In this document: positions 61,255 to 64,000 of the stretch, in pieces
Layout: each line of letters starts with the position of its first letter
How positions within the stretch are numbered: the first letter of the stretch is position 1
Program-made: the position numbers and the translations under genes
Notes under the pieces: generated by a model
What the model was told of the DNA's origin: nothing
Seen by the model: the letters and a program-made list of their open reading frames with translations, nothing else
Database searches by the model: none
Source of the DNA: an uncultured bacterium
Lineage (GTDB): Bacteria; Chloroflexota; UBA5177; JANWHV01
NCBI GenBank assembly: GCA_963729625.1
Contig: CAVSOU010000008.1
Location: 512,001-576,000 of the forward strand
Length of the DNA: 64,000 nucleotides
Reading direction: 5' to 3'

Positions 61255-62532
61255 ATGACGATGACCCCGGTCGAAAAGGCCACCGTGCTCGATCAGAGCT
61301 CCGTGCTCGAGCTTGCCCTGCGGCAGTTCGAGGCCGCAGCCGACCATCTGCAGCTTGAGACACGCTTCCGGCGCATCCTGCGCCGGTCGCGACGCGAGTT
61401 GACGGTGACATTTCCGGTGCGCATGCGCGACGATTCATTCGCGGTGTTCACTGGCTATCGCGTCCACCACAACATCGTGCGCGGACCGGCGTCCGGCGGC
61501 ATTCGCTATCACCCAGATCTCAATATCAACGCCATCCGCGCTCTGGCGCTCTGGTCTACGTGGCGCTCGGCACTGTTGCGCATACCATTCGGCGGAGCCT
61601 ACGGAGGCGTCGTATGCGACCCGACCTCGATGACCGAAGCGGAGCGCGAGAATCTGACACGCCGCTTTACCACTGAGATCTCCATCCTGCTTGGGCCTGA
61701 TCGCGACATCCCGTCGCCGGATCGCTCGACTGACGCACAGGTAATGGCCTGGATGATGGACACCTACAGCATGCACCGCGGCTATTCCGTGCCCGCTGTA
61801 GTGGCGGGGAAGCCGGTGGCGATCGGCGGATCGCGAGGCTGGGCCGCCTCCAGCGGCCTGGGAACAGCCGTGCTCTGCCGCGAGCTCGCCCGGCTCCGCG
61901 GCCTGAACGTGGAGAACACGCGTATCGCGCTGCAGGGCACCGGGCCCATAGGCGCATCCGCGGCGCATGTGCTGCATGAATGGGGCGCGCGGATCGTGGC
62001 GATCGGTGATGGCCAACAGGGCGTTTTCCAGAACAACGGACTGGACGTTCCGGCTGTTCTCCGGTACATCGCCGAGCACGGCTCCCTGCAGGGCTGCCCC
62101 CTCGGTTCGCCCGTGGACAGCCCGACCCTCGCGCCGCTGCCGTGCGACATTTTGGTCCTGAGCGGCTTCGAGCGCATCGACGAGCAGTCGGCGAAGGCCA
62201 TGCAGGCCATGATGGTGGTGGAAGGAGCCTATGGCACGATCGCGCCGGAGATCGACGCGTTGCTCGAGGCGCGGGGCGTCATGGTACTGCCCGATATTCT
62301 CGGCGGATCGGGCGGAACCGCGGCGTCGTACTTCGAATGGGTCCAGGATATTCAAGAGACGTTCTGGAGCGAGAGCCAGATCAATGTCCGGATCGAGGAG
62401 ATGCTGCTGCGCGCGTTTGAAGACACCTATGCGCTGCATCAGCGCGACGGTATCTCACTTCGCCTGGCCGCCCATTGTCTGGCCGTCGGGCGGGTGGCCG
62501 ATGCGCATCGGATTCGGGGACTGTACCCGTAG
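61255..62532 (+). CDS. Glu/Leu/Phe/Val dehydrogenase homologue with degenerate active site
   Basis: FTGYRVHHN, GGIRYHP, MAWMMDTYS, SYFEWVQD and RGLYP are intact; the substrate/catalytic Lys residues are replaced; GGAGG SD. Confidence 0.9.
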   Translation: MTMTPVEKATVLDQSSVLELALRQFEAAADHLQLETRFRRILRRSRRELTVTFPVRMRDDSFAVFTGYRVHHNIVRGPASGGIRYHPDLNINAIRALALWSTWRSALLRIPFGGAYGGVVCDPTSMTEAERENLTRRFTTEISILLGPDRDIPSPDRSTDAQVMAWMMDTYSMHRGYSVPAVVAGKPVAIGGSRGWAASSGLGTAVLCRELARLRGLNVENTRIALQGTGPIGASAAHVLHEWGARIVAIGDGQQGVFQNNGLDVPAVLRYIAEHGSLQGCPLGSPVDSPTLAPLPCDILVLSGFERIDEQSAKAMQAMMVVEGAYGTIAPEIDALLEARGVMVLPDILGGSGGTAASYFEWVQDIQETFWSESQINVRIEEMLLRAFEDTYALHQRDGISLRLAAHCLAVGRVADAHRIRGLYP

Positions 62533-62534
62533 TC

Positions 62535-62801
62535 ATGGGCATCGAGGACGCGGGCCGGTGGGTGCCGCTGACCTACTACTTGCGCCTGAAACGCGGCCAG
62601 CATCCGGCTGTCGAGGTGACGTTTCGGCAGATCGAGGCGGTACTCGGGGATGCACTGCCGAAGCCGGCGCGCAAGCAGCCGGAGTGGTGGCGCAACGACG
62701 CCGCCACTCCGCAGGGTCATGCCTGGCTCGACGCTGGCTGGACGGTAAGCGCGGTGGATTTGTCGAATGAGCGGGTGACGTTCGTGCCTTCGGGTGCTTG
62801 A
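62535..62801 (+). CDS. Small protein of the DUF7662-like family
   Basis: PL..YL...TFRQIEAVLG..LP..A.....WW.N......AWLDAGW....D....VTF signature (family name from recall). Confidence 0.75.
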   Translation: MGIEDAGRWVPLTYYLRLKRGQHPAVEVTFRQIEAVLGDALPKPARKQPEWWRNDAATPQGHAWLDAGWTVSAVDLSNERVTFVPSGA

Positions 62802-62926
62802 GCGCCTTCTGAATCAAGATCCTTACACAAGCGCTTCGAGGCTGTTGCGCAAGCAACGATCGTGTTTCCCAGCATCGCTGCTTTGCGCGTGTGCGACGGC
62901 GATGAGGATGGGGACGTGGCGCCGGT

Positions 62927-63289
62927 CTATCTGTTGCCGGAGGTCTGGCCGGGCAGGTCAAAGACGATGAGAAGTGCCTGGTCGATGTCGGCGATGGCCG
63001 TCGCATCGAGCATGCCAAGTCTGCGCAGGAGTCTGCCGTGGCCAAGCACCCGAACCTGCTCGCCCATGGCGACAGAATCCACGACCAGGCCCCCATCTGG
63101 GGCATGCAGCACCGTTTGGCTCGGGTAGATGCGTTGTCCATGGTAGGTCGTGCAGGGAACTGCCAGCACGATACGGCTGTTTGCATTGATCGCGTTGCGA
63201 GAGACGATAACGACCGGCCGGCCGGCTGCTTGTTCGGACCGTTCGGTCGGATCGAGCCGTGCACTGTACATCTCGCCGCGCAAGATCAT
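62927..63289 (-). CDS. mazF: MazF/PemK endoribonuclease toxin
   Basis: RGEMYSARLDPTERSEQAAGRPVVIVS, AVPCTT, SVAMGEQVR, LG.L. Confidence 0.92.
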   Translation of the reverse strand: MILRGEMYSARLDPTERSEQAAGRPVVIVSRNAINANSRIVLAVPCTTYHGQRIYPSQTVLHAPDGGLVVDSVAMGEQVRVLGHGRLLRRLGMLDATAIADIDQALLIVFDLPGQTSGNR

Positions 63290-63558
63290 CGCTGCTCAGC
63301 CACCTGAAACTCCTCCCAGCTCGATCGGTCCAGGCCCTTTTCCAGCATCTCGGCTTCGGCGAGGTAGTCTGCATCGCTCGCCATGTCTGCGAATGCAGCG
63401 TCGATCGCTGCCCGGCGGTGCTCGGCCAGAAACCGGCGCAGCGCTTCCGCAAGCAGGTCGTTGCGCGATCTGGCCATACCCGCGTCGACCGCCCGGTCGG
63501 CGGCGTCGAGCAACTCCTTGGGCAGGGCGACCGTGGTGCGCGTGACTTCCGCGTTCAT
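63286..63558 (-). CDS. RHH (CopG-like) antitoxin
   Basis: RTTVALPKELLDAADRAV...SRNDLLAEALRR, acidic C-terminus; ATGA overlap with the toxin. Confidence 0.88.
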   Translation of the reverse strand: MNAEVTRTTVALPKELLDAADRAVDAGMARSRNDLLAEALRRFLAEHRRAAIDAAFADMASDADYLAEAEMLEKGLDRSSWEEFQVAEQR

Positions 63559-63958
63559 CTCTGTTGAATCCTATCCAGGCATCGAGATCGATGCTTTGAA
63601 TGATAGCATAGTCGGTGCACCCTAGAGAAAGAATCTCGCCCGGTGTGAGCGGTGGGCGTTCATGTTCGTTTAAGAGTCGCTAGACTATCATGCATGTGTA
63701 GAACGTTGCGGAACGACACGATCGGATTCCCTCAGTTCGATCGGCCGTTCTTGCCGGCAGCGCGCGATCCGAGGCAATTCGTGCTTCGCCCAGTCGCCGG
63801 CCGCGACAAACAGGCAAGCGTGACCGATACAAGGGGATCTCGCGCTACAGGCCTGGCACAAGCGAACCCTGCCGCGGTGCTATCGCGTAACCAGCGTTCG
63901 GAGGCATCGCGCATCCCGATCGATCTCGGGGTGAGCGATGCAGGTGGGAAGGATGGCA

Positions 63959-64000
63959 ATGAAAAGTAAAGTCGCGCGCGTCATACATCTCGGGCTGCTC
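63959..64000 (+). CDS. Start of a possibly exported protein (runs off window end)
   Basis: GGAAGGA SD then MKSKVARVIHLGLL, signal-peptide-like; only 14 codons visible. Confidence 0.35.
   Translation, partial: MKSKVARVIHLGLL

Noticed and set aside
63560-63958. c-di-GMP or other riboswitch before the last ORF
   Set aside because: No GCAAA/GNRA-receptor GEMM consensus could be matched.

Overview
High-GC bacterial chromosome segment, most likely a Chloroflexota (inferred from 16S signatures, a DUF6788-BTAD fusion and a Uma2 relic). It holds one complete minus-strand rRNA operon (16S-tRNA-Ala-23S-5S) and housekeeping/metabolic genes: argS, rpmB, cdd, fhs, glpD, GH36 alpha-galactosidase, fbaB, bfr, trpB2 and a nucleoside ABC transporter. 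An intact IS1380 is inserted exactly into the shared stop codons of two convergent genes. Other content: a folate methyl-branch cluster (MetF-MetV fusion, AcsE-like methyltransferase, Fhs), an OmpR/HK-HtrA module with six 11-bp-phased GTCAT boxes, several internally deleted relics (IS66, Uma2, two toxin-antitoxin loci, LacI) and an intact MazF-type TA pair. The best candidate for an undescribed system is 47.7-60.3 kb. There a ~2850-aa Sec-type secreted Ig/NHL/RHS protein with no adjacent immunity gene lies next to a DUF6788-wHTH-BTAD-STAND-TPR regulator and a divergent 75-aa protein, and the upstream regions share a bipartite GCTACACAAG...GGACACAAG motif. A catalytically degenerate glutamate dehydrogenase paired with a tandem-RHH regulator follows. 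A 6S-like structured RNA candidate lies upstream of argS. Family names are from motif recognition and recall, not from database searches.
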